NCBI GenBank assembly: GCA_026023565.1
Contig: JAPETS010000023.1
Coordinates: forward strand, 62,001 to 126,000
DNA: 64,000 bases
Direction: 5' to 3'
Source of the DNA: Cirrosporium novae-zelandiae
Taxonomy: Eukaryota
The translations under genes were made by a program, and so were the position numbers. This document shows, piece by piece, positions 11,940 through 23,476 of this stretch; position 1 is the first letter of the stretch; each line of letters opens with the position of its first letter. The notes beneath the pieces were generated by a model. That model did no database searches. It saw only the letters and a program-made list of their open reading frames with translations, and was not told the DNA's origin.

Positions 11940-13210
11940 GAAGAAGAAGAAGAAGAATGAAGTCTAACACTAAGATTTTTCTATATCACCATATTATCAC
12001 GACTACGGTGTTGTTGTAGTTACCAATTGAAGATCCAATCCAATCCAATGGAACTGAACAAAAAAAAGTGCGTAACTCCAAACAAAACAAATCAAGGCAA
12101 ACCAAAGCTCTTGTTTTTTGTCAAGTTTCCTTCCCATTCATTCATTCATTCATTTATTCATCGCCTAGACTACCACACTCATCACTCACTCGCTACAGTT
12201 ACCCATGTGGTGGTACTTAGAAGAATACGTCAAAAAAGGAACCCTTCCGCCCTCCTCCTTCATTCGGAATATTTTCCACCCCCCCCCCCCCCACACACAA
12301 AAGAATTTTGTTTTTCCTACATTAAAAAACCAAAACTCAATCGGAGAAAGAGGGGAAAAGAAAAGTATGCATGCACGTTACGAAAAAAATAACCCCGCAA
12401 AATAAAAAAGAGCCGATACTTGGAACACCCCGGCCTTCCTCTGGGGATAGGCGATTTGATATATGAAATAAGTACCTAGATACTTAACTATACGGACTAC
12501 GAATCTAGCAAATCTAATCTAATTCTAATTCTACCTTTTCAAGCTTTCAACAAACAACAACAAAAATGATAATAGTACAACAGTAGTTAATGACACGTGA
12601 AATAGCATCAACCGTCAAGCATCAAGTAGCATCAAGCAGAAAAGAAAGAAAGAAAGAAAGATAGCTTTACAGTTTCCTTCTCTTTCCTTTCCTTTCCTTT
12701 CCTTTATGATTCAGGCAAGCAACAAGCAACCATACAATGTTATGCAAGTGATAAACATAAACATACAACATAGTCTGTAGAGATGGACTTGCTATCCTAC
12801 ATCCTACATCCTACCTCTCACACCTTACTACTTACACTTTACCCGAAGAAGGCCTGAAGAACGGAGAGGAAGAGGGAGAAGGGGGGGCCTTACATACCCT
12901 TACCCTTAAGTCCAGTCCAGTCCAGTCCTTCATATTTAAGATACTTTTTTTTTAAAAAAATAATATTCCTGTGTTCCCATTCTTTCTTTCTTCTCCTTAG
13001 GCGTCCATCGTCTATTGTGTGATCGTTCAACAGTGTTCAACGGTTCCACCGGTCGTCAAGAAGGAGAAAAAAAATTACGTCCCTCGTACTACATGAAAAT
13101 TGGATGTTTTTTTAACCGAAAGAATGTGCTTGTTGTGGTGTGGTGGTGTACATCACATAATTAATGGATGGACGCCTAGCTAACTAGATGGATACATACA
13201 TACATTTATC
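11940..13210. repeat. Microsatellite-dense, AT-rich intergenic stretch
   Basis: (GAA)n near 11940, (CATT)n near 12136, poly-C near 12279, (AAAG)n near 12641, (TTTCC)n near 12682, (CCTACAT)n near 12796, (GTCCA)n near 12910 and (TACA)n near 13193. Confidence 0.75.
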
Positions 13211-13850
13211 TCGGAGATTGTACTGTACTACCCCGTTGAGAAGTCCAAAAATGCCAAATCAAAGCCAACCACTGGCATAGGACATATAAACTCCTAAGCA
13301 TCTGAACAATTTATTTTGAAAAAAGTCTTTATTTTATGGACAAATATATCCTATCACCCCCCAGGCTTGATAATCAAACCAAGGCCATTAAAACTCAATT
13401 CCTCACCTATCGTTGCACTCACTCTGCTGCTCTATGGTAAAGCCGACTGACTATCCAGACTCCACTGTCGAAAAGCCATAGAGCAGAACACAAAAAACCA
13501 ATACGAGTACAGGGGATGGGTGTTAAAACCTCCTAGCGGACCATCCAAGGGTGGTCCTCTAACTAAAAGCAAAGCCCACAAGTAAACATTCCCACCAACA
13601 TTTGATCAACAAACAACCGTCATTCCATTTCATCCGATTTTTCAACGCCTTTGAAACAGTAAATGCATGTCATAACATCAGCACCGTAGACTAATGTCTA
13701 CCTATCCAATTCTAGCCAGCTTCCATTTAACCAAGGAAGTTATTCAATCCAAAATGGATTAAACTCATTGGGAGATCTCCGAATATGAAAATATCGCGTC
13801 TCTTCAAGGGTTGTTGGCCTCGCAAAGCTTTGACTATTGCTCGATTCTAA

Positions 13851-15804
13851 TTAGGAAGCAGTTTGGGTTGGCTGCTGAGTACTTTGTGACGCAATCTCAC
13901 CACCAGCTCCCATCTCGGCCCAAGTGCCCCATAGCCCTCGTTTTGCACGTATCCGGATTGGTCCATCAAGCTGACCCTCTCTTTGATCGACTTTGAGGGC
14001 ATCCTTACTTGCTAGAACAAGAAGTTCAAAGAACATTTTAGTGGCATCGGACTTGGTTGTTCGCGTTTCTGGTAACAAGTCCTGGAACAGGATGCTGGGC
14101 TTTTGTACAGAAGGGGATGCGGAGGGAGAACCACCAGGCAAAGATCTGAAGGTATCTCGTAGGAGGTGGACAGCATGTTTCGACTCAAGGGATATTGGTC
14201 CAGAGTCTGCGGGATGAACGATAGGGGCAGTTGTATCATCAAATATATCGTGCTCGGGAATCTCCTCCTCACTCTCTGCTCGCGACTCAACACTAGGGGC
14301 TCGTTGTGGTTCCTCCATAGGTGGATGTACCCCAACATCCGGAGGTAGTTCAATCATCTCCGACGGCTCATGAATAGTGGTGTCGCCTCCCAGGGCAACC
14401 CCCTCATCGACCGGCCCGAATCCTTCCTCCTCACCAATCTCAAGTCTAGGCATTTTCTCCAAGACTGCCTGTGCCTCTTGTTCGACGTCCGCAATACCAC
14501 TGTCCCTTTTCCTTTTTAGCTGGCTAGACTGCCTCACAGTTTCCACAGAGAATAGATCCCGCAGTTCTGGTGCAAACCCCATGCCTCTGCCATCTCCCAA
14601 GACGTTTGATACAAAAGCGCCACTTCTCTGCATTTCTATCAATGCCAATAGGACTGGATCTCTAGGCAGAAAGGAAGTGGGCTTCAGGATCTTCTCTCGG
14701 TTGGTTTGCTGTTCCTTAATTTGGCGGTTATGAAGTACAGTGTCGGGATCAGGCTGTAGCAACTTTCGCCTTTTGGGTCTGCTTGGTGCTTGCTGAATAG
14801 CACTTGGTTCCTCTTCTTCTCCGGCTCCAAGAAAGGTTAGGTCTAGTTCGCGAACTATACTTGATCGAGTAGAAGATAAAGGAGACTCAGAGCTTCGTTC
14901 TGGGGACGGGGGAAGCGGAGTTGCTTCCGCTGCTTCTTCTGGCCCCCCTTCACCGAGCTGAAAACCTGTTTCATCACCTCCAAGAGGAAGGATTTCGCCG
15001 CCAATAAATTCTTCAATATCCTCATGTTCCGCGGGTCCTTCAGGAACTGGCTGATCCGCCATTGTCACATCTTCCGGAAACTCCAAACCTAAGGGCACTT
15101 CTTCCTCAAACTTGTCTTCGCTACGTAGTTCTTCTTCGAGCGCTCGGGGAACTGGAGCTTCTCGTCCCATATGAATGCTTGTCTCATGTCCAGGTAGATC
15201 CTCTCCAATATCAAGCACAAGCCCAGCATCATCCTCCAAAGCAGGTCCTTCTTCCAGAATATTTCTTTCCTGCTCGCTGGTATCTGGTAATTCTTGGGTC
15301 ATCCAATCAATGGCGGTAGCTTCTTGCGGACCAAACTCATCCTTGAGGGGTTCAGAAAGGAATGCAAGTTCGTCTGGTAGCTGTGGCATGAAATTATCAA
15401 AATCCGTAATAACAGCTGGCAATGTTATGTTCTCGGCATTTGGGAGATGAACTTCAGTTGGGAGATCATGATTGTTGCTTGCACGGAAGGCCTAGGGATA
15501 ATCAGTATTTGCCTAGAGCAAAAACTATTAGAAGGCATACCATCTTCAACTTCATCAAGGCCTCATTGCAATCATCCAAGAGATAACGCGCTTTCCTACT
15601 GTAGATCCGAACCACACCCAATAGCAGCTGTCCACTCAATCGTAGTGCCATTGGCGCTTGTCCTTGGTCAACTATTGCATTTACGCTACTTTCGATATTC
15701 GATTGAAGAATATGAGTTTTTGAGAGCTTGCGCTCGAGATTGGCTGACAACCAAACTCGAGCCAGAGGCCCAGTTTTTGATAAGAGAGTTTCCGAGTAAA
15801 ACAT
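13851..15804 (-). CDS. rad21: Cohesin kleisin subunit Rad21/Scc1
   Basis: Exon 1 is 15804-15541 (MFYSETLLSKTGPLARVWLSANLERKLSK...LRLSGQLLLGVVRIYSRKARYLLDDC), intron 15540-15492. C-terminal winged helix ATKMFFELLVLASKDALKVDQ. Confidence 0.96.
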
Positions 15805-16609
15805 GATTAAGAGATTATTTGTTGACTGAATATGGTCGGGGTGCCTGAACTGCTTAAGGGTGGTGGGAGGGTGATAGGAATGCGGCGCGCATTGACTATC
15901 AACAAGGTAGTTCTGCCGGCGCGTGAAATTATCAGAAGATAGGATGCATAGAAGAAAAAAAAGTAGAGAGGATTCGCTACTTAGTCGCGTAGGACTCCAG
16001 GCACAAGGCGATAGAGCACATGAGCAAAAGAAGGTGAGTAAACTTGAAGAGTAATGATGTTGAATAGGAAAGGGCGGGCGTTGGGTCTGGAATCGCGTCC
16101 GTGGCTACACAAGTCGCTTAACTTGACCCCCCAACCCCCAGCCCCCTTTGGTAGAACGGCTATTTGAACCAATTGATTTTCCGAGCTCAACTTTGATCGT
16201 CGAGCATCGAGTAACAAAGGTTGATGCTTCTTGTTACGCATTAGTAACTGAATAAGAACTTGTAGATCTTGTTGTACAGTATCTAACTACTTATCAAAAA
16301 TGTAGTTTTAGATAATTAAATTGATCTAGAGAGTGAGAAAGAGAGCCAGCAAGGAAGAGGGTTTCCAATCTGCACTAATATATTGAAATATTCGTAAGAA
16401 AATGGTTTAGGGGTCCGTCTCAAAAATAGTTTGCTGGGTTTGCAAACCGCTCAAAGGGCCCTTGACCATACAGCTAATACCATCCATCCATCTATGAAAG
16501 GAGCTACCCTTAAACGCCTTCTAGGATTTTAAACCTTCTCATACATATATGAAATGCTTCCGTAGGCGGATGAGGCTTTGCCATTGCAGGCCTTATTTAC
16601 CATGAGAAT

Positions 16610-19600
16610 ATGTCTTCAACTTTGCGTCCTCCTCCCTCACCGGGAATTCCTTATAGTCACTCCCGAAGCGGCTCCAGATCTCCCACGCCGTCTATATCAT
16701 CATCATACTCCGTATTATCCACCGAAGAAACTGCATCTAAATTAAACACATCGCTTTCCTATGGCCTCACGCCCTCCGACGCTGAGCGTCGACTCCTTAC
16801 TTATGGTTCCAACGAGTTGCCACACGACGAGCCAGAGCCGTTGTGGCTACGTTACCTACAACAGTTTAAAGAGACCTTAATCCTACTTTTGCTAGCCTCA
16901 GCAGCTATATCATTCATACTTGGCAATTATGACGATGCGATTAGTATTGGTTTGGCCGTGACAATAGTTACAACTGTCGGATTCATACAGGAATATCGTT
17001 CGGAAAAATCTATTGAGGCCTTAAGTCGCCTCCTTCCCTACCATGCTCATTTAATTCGGGGAACACAAAGGAGCCTTTCAAATCATTTCCCTAAGACTAG
17101 GGGCCAAAATGGAAGTGAAATCGAAATGGAACCACTAACTGATGGGTCTGCAAAATCATCTGATAGGGGCTCTCAGCTTGTCCCTGCTTCCAAACTGGTT
17201 CCTGGTGACCTTGTTCTTTTCTCGACCGGTGATCGTATACCTGCCGATATTCGCATTACATCCTGTGCGGACCTTTCAATTGATGAATCCAACCTCACGG
17301 GCGAGAATGAGCCTGTGGTCAAACATGCAAATAGAATTGAGGTCCCTTTTCGATCAATGTTCTCCAATGGAGATGCTTCTCCTCGCTCGCCAATTTATGC
17401 ATCTGAAGCTGCAGGAACCGTTGGCGCTGATTTCCGATTAAACGAAAAGACAAACATTGCTTTCATGGGAACATTGGTTCGGTCTGGCTACGGACGTGGC
17501 CTGGTTATTGCTAGTGGTCCTAGCACCGAATTTGGTAGCATTTCTGCATCTTTGCAAGAAATTGAAAGCCCACGAACACCATTACAACTGGCTATGGATC
17601 GCCTTGGACAAGAACTGAGTTACGTGTCTTTTGCTGTCATTGGATTGATTGTTATTGTTGGGTTGTTTCAAGGAAGAAATCTCCTCGAGATGTTTACTAT
17701 TGGAGTTTCATTAGCTGTAGCTGCGATACCCGAAGGATTACCCATTATTGTAACAGTGACCTTGGCGTTGGGCGTGTTGCGTATGGCGAAACGAGGAACA
17801 ATAGTACGCAAGCTACCAAGTGTCGAAACTCTGGGATCTGTCAATGTCGTCTGCAGTGACAAAACTGGAACTTTGACTATGAACCATATGACGGTCACAA
17901 AAATCTGGCACTTTGATGTTGATACGCCGTTTGATATTGGCCGTGTGCTAGGTTCACAAACTCCTGACTCTGCAGTGCGTACAATATTTCGTATAGGAAA
18001 CATTGCCAACAACGCACGTCTCGCGAAAAGTGATGCCAACTCACCCGCAACTGCCTCCTCAGCAGCAGTTCTCTCGACAATGGGAGATGACCCTACCGAG
18101 GCACATGCGAAGAGCCGGTGGGTTGGTCAACCTACTGATGTTGCCAGTCTAGACCTTCTTGATGCATTTGGAGAAGACGATGTTCGTGAAAGGATTGGAG
18201 CTCGAGTTGCTGAAACTCCTTTTAGCTCGGACCGCAAATGGATGGGTGTAGTCATCGGAGATTCTACTGAAAGTACCCTAGGTTCCGGCCGAGAAGTTGC
18301 TTACATAAAAGGCGCCTTGGAGAGGGTTCTTCAAAGATGTGATACTTATTTGGGCAAAGACGGCCGTGAGTTTATATTAGACGACGCCAGGCGTCAGGAG
18401 GCTCTTAAAGCGGCGGAAGCCATGGCAGATGAAGGGCTCAGAGTCCTTGGTTTTGCCAGCGGATCGGTAAACGCTTCTCGAGGAAACCGCACCCCTCTGT
18501 CAAGAAGTGGTACTCCTCGATCTTTGTCCGCAACAGGCCCTAATCAATCCTCCAACCAACCGCAGGATAGCAAGGCTGCGGATGTTTATCAAGGACTCGT
18601 TTTTGCAGGAATAACAGGTATGAATGATCCGCCTCGAAAAGATGTCGACAAGTCTATCCGTCGCCTAATGGCAGGAGGAGTAAAAGTCATCATGATCACA
18701 GGGGACGCGGAGACGACGGCTGTTGCCATTGGAAGGAAACTTGGAATGCCTCTTAATCCTCGACGTGAAGAGAGATTACAGGAAGTATTAAGAGGAGATG
18801 AGCTTGATATGATGACCGACGAAGAGCTTGCTCAAGCTATTCCCAAAACCTCTATTTTTGCAAGAACCAGTCCAGATCACAAAATGAAGATTGTGCACGC
18901 CCTTCAATCTCGAGGTGACATCGTAGCCATGACGGGTGATGGTGTCAATGATGCACCTGCGCTCAAAAAGGCTGACATTGGTATTTCCATGGGTCGTCTT
19001 GGAACGGACGTTGCTAAAGAGGCAGCGGACATGATTCTTACTGACGATAATTTTTCAACCATCCTTAGTGCTATAGAAGAAGGGAAGGGTATATTTTACA
19101 ACATCCAGAATTTCATCACCTTTCAATTGAGCACCAGCGTTGCGGCGTTATCATTAGTACTATTCAGCACGATCTTTGGATTTGAGAACCCCTTGAATGC
19201 CATGCAAATATTATGGATAAGTATGTTGCTCTGCCTAATGTTTATTTCTGAATTTGATAATAATGGATGACAGATATCCTCATGGATGGCCCTCCGGCTC
19301 AATCACTTGGTGTTGAACCTGTTGACCCTGCTGTCATGACACGCCCTCCGCGGGCCAAAAATGCTCATGTCATTACCCGCCCTCTTCTACAGCGAGTCCT
19401 CACCTCTGCTTTTCTCATCATGGCTGGAACAATGATGATTTATATTCATGAAATGGCCGTCGATCATACTGTTACCGCACGTGATACCACTATGACTTTT
19501 ACCTGCTTCGTCTTTTTCGATATGTTCAACGCGCTCACCTGCCGTAGCGAAGGCAAGAGCATTCTCCGGGGCCAAATGGAACTCTTCGGGAATAAAATGT

Positions 19601-19812
19601 TTAATTACGCAGTCTCAGGCAGTCTAATAGGACAGCTCTGCGTCATCTATGTGCCCTTCTTGCAAAGAGTTTTCCAGACAGAGGCTCTATCCTTTTTCGA
19701 TTTGGTAAAGTTAATATGTCTTGCGAGCTCCGTGTTTTGGGTGGACGAGGCGCGGAAGTGGGGCTTTAGAAAGAGAGTGAGGAGTCCCGCGGGATATAGT
19801 CGTAGTGTATAG
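16610..19812 (+). CDS. PMR1: Golgi Ca2+/Mn2+ P-type ATPase (SPCA type)
   Basis: Motifs [15 protein letters not shown], phosphorylation site [30 protein letters not shown]. Intron 19221-19273 joins [21 protein letters not shown]. Confidence 0.95.
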
Positions 19813-20195
19813 AGGGGTTAAGGGGAGGAATACTTGTTAATAACGCCACGATTCAGGATGGGTGAAAGTCGAACAGCAATTGGAATCTGGGTGCCACTAT
19901 TGGCTGGAAGGCGTGTCTATAGAGCGTCGGTCTGGATGGGATTGATTGTGCGTGGTATACACCTATATGGATCATTTGATTTTTGGTTGGTACATAACCT
20001 ATGCCTAAGACTCCGTCATATTATTATTATTAAACATGAGCACAAACTAGCGAAATCTCACCATGCATATTCCCTGTTTCCATACCAGTAGCCGCAAAAT
20101 ATAGTTGCTAACAGCATCATCCCACACAGCCAGGAAGACAGTCCGTCAAATCCATTGTCAACCCTATGTTTTAAGACCCAACATTCCTTCGGCAC

Positions 20196-20780
20196 TTACT
20201 CCTTAATCCCCTGCTTCCTAAACACATCACCCTTCACATCCCCGACCCACTCCTCCCTCACCTTACAAAAGAACTCCCCCTTGGGCCTCAACTCCCTCCT
20301 CCCCCTCTCATCCAACGTTCCATAAAACACGTACGTAAAATCCCCCGCATGTTCGCCCCTCTCCTGAATCGGGCTCCCGCACGTGCCGCAAAACTCCCTT
20401 CGCAGCTGCGTCCCTGACCTGTTATTCGCGATATGGACGACGGGGTCGCCTGCCGTGATGTGCAGGGAGGAGAGAGGCAGCTTGGTGGTGGTGCCAAAGG
20501 GACTGCCGGTGAATTTTTTGCAGTTCTGGCAGTGGCAGATTGAGGTGTGGGCGGAGGAGGAGGATGGGGAGGAGGGGGAATCCAGATTGATTTCGTATTG
20601 GATCGCGCGGCAGTAGCAGGAGCCGGTGTAGGTTGGGGAGGACATCTTGGTGGTTGTGGTTGTAGAGGTGGAGGTGGTGAGGGAGCTTGAACGGTTGAGG
20701 TGGGTGGATAGAGCGCTGAGGCGAGGGATGGATGGTATTACTTCTTGGGGTGAGGTTTTTGTTATGGGTAGGCGAAACAT
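20196..20780 (-). CDS. GFA/CENP-V (Mss4-like) zinc-binding protein; alternative start at 20645
   Basis: Motifs YTGSCYCRAI, CHCQNCKKFTGS and REFCGTCGSPI; single exon. Confidence 0.9.
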   Translation of the reverse strand: MFRLPITKTSPQEVIPSIPRLSALSTHLNRSSSLTTSTSTTTTTKMSSPTYTGSCYCRAIQYEINLDSPSSPSSSSAHTSICHCQNCKKFTGSPFGTTTKLPLSSLHITAGDPVVHIANNRSGTQLRREFCGTCGSPIQERGEHAGDFTYVFYGTLDERGRRELRPKGEFFCKVREEWVGDVKGDVFRKQGIKE

Positions 20781-21295
20781 ATGGCGGTTTGTTTTTCAAT
20801 TGGGGGGTTGGGGAAGGGGAGTACTTACTGTTTGTATATGAGATGATAGTGACGAGCTGCTGGTTGATGATCTCGAGATGATGTCATTTGGAAGAAGTCC
20901 AAGCCCTGCATTTTAGCCCTAATAAGTATCTCTAAGCAGATGGAGCAATATTAGATGTAGTACTGTAGCATATCATTGTTCTCCTGGTGATTGGTGAGAT
21001 GTGTGTAACAGATTTCCAGAATATTGATAGATTGAGTGGCGAATCATCTCTCATCCTAAAGTTAAAGAAGATCCTAGATTGAAAACAGACTGCATTTACA
21101 AGTCGTCACTCATTTCTCATCCATTGACAAAGCCACATAGCAAAAGCTCAGGCAGACTATACCATCACACAACCTTCCCGATATGAATTTTTTGAAGGGT
21201 ATCGTAGCATCATGCGCCAACCTTTTTAGTTCGCGACCTGTTCTAACCCTAAGGAAATAAGACATTCTTAATAACATTTTTGACGTAGGAAGCCT

Positions 21296-22660
21296 TTATT
21301 TCTTTAGGAATGGGAAGACGTGCGTGAGATCTGATTCTACTGCTCCAGTTTGATTATTTTCCAGAGCATCAGATGCAGCTCCGGGTTTGGGAGCTTCGGG
21401 CTGTTTTTCCGGTTCTGGGTTTGAGGTTTCTGTCGTCTGTATCGGTGTGCGGACCCTTTCCGCATGCACTATCTCACTCTCTGGTTCTGGCAGCCTGCTC
21501 TTCTTAGCTTCAATGTTCTCCTTATCCAGATGCTCGCGAAGATGATTTGCCTGCTGGCTGCTGATCTTTAAAGCTTTGTCAACCTCCTCTGCTAGCTTGT
21601 TCACCTCCGCTTCTATATCCCCACCAGTAGCTGCCGGCTTCTCCTCTGGCTTATTTTCTGCCTTTCCACCCTTTTTCTCCGTCTTCGCCCAAAGTGCCTC
21701 GAGCTCTTCCAACCATCCAAGCTTTTCGGCTAGCTTTCGCACTCCACTGTCGCAATCACCTAATATGAGAACATCGTCGGCGCGAGAGCCAAGGCCACCC
21801 ACTTGATCCATATTGATCAAAATTCGAGGAGTGCCATCTCCAACGAACATTGGTAGACTTGCAAATGGTTGGACCGTCAAGCTTGTTCCCATGACGATGG
21901 CAAGATCGGAAATACTTGGTAGGTCTCTGTTTTTGTGGAATGTCTCGGGTAAAGCCTCACCTGCGAATAAATTAGATTAATGGGTCAAGGTTTGATGAAG
22001 AAGAATAGCCAGCTACCGAAAAAAACAATTTCTGGCTTCACCAATCCATTGCACTGAGGACAATGTGGGATAGTCATATTATCGACATGCTCTTTCATAA
22101 GATCATGCGGAAATGACTTTCCGCAGTCAATACAACTCTCTTTGGCGAAGCTGCCGTGTGCTTCCACAATCTTGTCGCCGGGGACACCTGCTTCCCGCTC
22201 TAACGTGTCGATGTTTTGGGTGAATGCCATGAGAAGAAGACCCTTATCGGCGAGAAGTTTGACGAAAGAATGAGAAATGGTAGGTCTGTATTTTCCAGGG
22301 TATAGTTCGTGCGCAAGAGTATAAAACGGAAGAGGATTGCTGCGGAAGTAGCTTATATCAAATACGGCTTCGGCATAGGGTAAATTCAATCGTTGTAGAT
22401 TTGAATACAGACCAGTTCCTGGAGTTCTAAAATCCGGAATGCCTGCTGAAGTGCTAATGCCAGCACCACTCTGTAGAAGAATTCAGTATCCAGTCGATCG
22501 GGCGACAGCTCTATGAAAGGTGAGTGGTTGTATGTACCATGGTCACGATTTTACGTGCCCGGCCTTCTTTGATATATTTTGCGACAGCCTCGATAGTTCG
22601 AGCTTCGAGCGTCTGAGGCGGGACACTCTCGTCGATTGGGGTTGACTCTTCCTGGCCCAT
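21296..22660 (-). CDS. HST2: NAD-dependent deacetylase, class I sirtuin (Hst2/SIRT2 type)
   Basis: Exons 22660-22538, 22470-22017 and 21960-21296. Motifs GAGISTSAGIPDFR, FTQNIDTLE, EAHGSF, CIDC/CPQC zinc site, VKPEIVFFG/EALP and MGTSLTVQPFA. Confidence 0.93.
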
Positions 22661-23476
22661 TTTTAACCACCTGGGCTTAGAGAAGAAGTTATGTTTCTGA
22701 TGGCGGGGTCTGTGTCGTCGACCTATTTTGAATAGCTTTTGTTGGAGCAATGTCCAAACGGCAGTTGCAGAATAAGAATATTGGTTAGGAATATTGACTT
22801 CTTTTTTTGTTTTGTTTTTTTTTGGTTAAAGAAAGTTTGATGATCTCGTAGGGTTGGAAAATTTATCTAGAACTAGGAGGAATATGTTGGATCGATCATA
22901 TGAGGTGATGTATTTATTTGTTAGGTAGAGTGCACCAGTGCCACTTTTTTCGACCACACCCTGTTTGGGTTTTACATTATTTATTACTGTACAAGTACAT
23001 CCTTGCACAATTCGGTTCCCACTTGGTTTTTATTGGTCCATTTAATATATTTGCGTGAATATGATTCTCCAGGCAACTATCTTGGTTCGATATGTAAATG
23101 CATTTGTTATGTATCCATATCATTGTATCATTTCAACCACCAAGCTCAGCGAAGGTCTCAGATATGGTAGATCGGTAGATAGGCACGATAAGAATACCTA
23201 AAATATCTAAGGCTAGATATTGGGATGTTTATCAATTTACATATCATTATACCTAGGTATACTTTCTGATAGAAAATAGATGGATGTCTAAACTTGATTT
23301 TCAATAAGATGATGATATTTGCAGTTTCCAATTGTTTTGTTTGTTAACTGGTTATGTAAAACAACAGTTCGCTTCGATTCACCTCTTTAATTATCCATCG
23401 TAGCCAATGCCATTTCTCCTGTCATTTACCATATGTGGCCTTGGTCACTTTAATCCCAACTTCATAACTTACTTCC

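Noticed and set aside
21243..21252. CTAACCCTAA, resembling a telomerase RNA template or telomere seed
   Set aside because: A single short match in the HST2 3' flank; the gap between genes is only ~0.5 kb, too small for a typical filamentous-fungal telomerase RNA.
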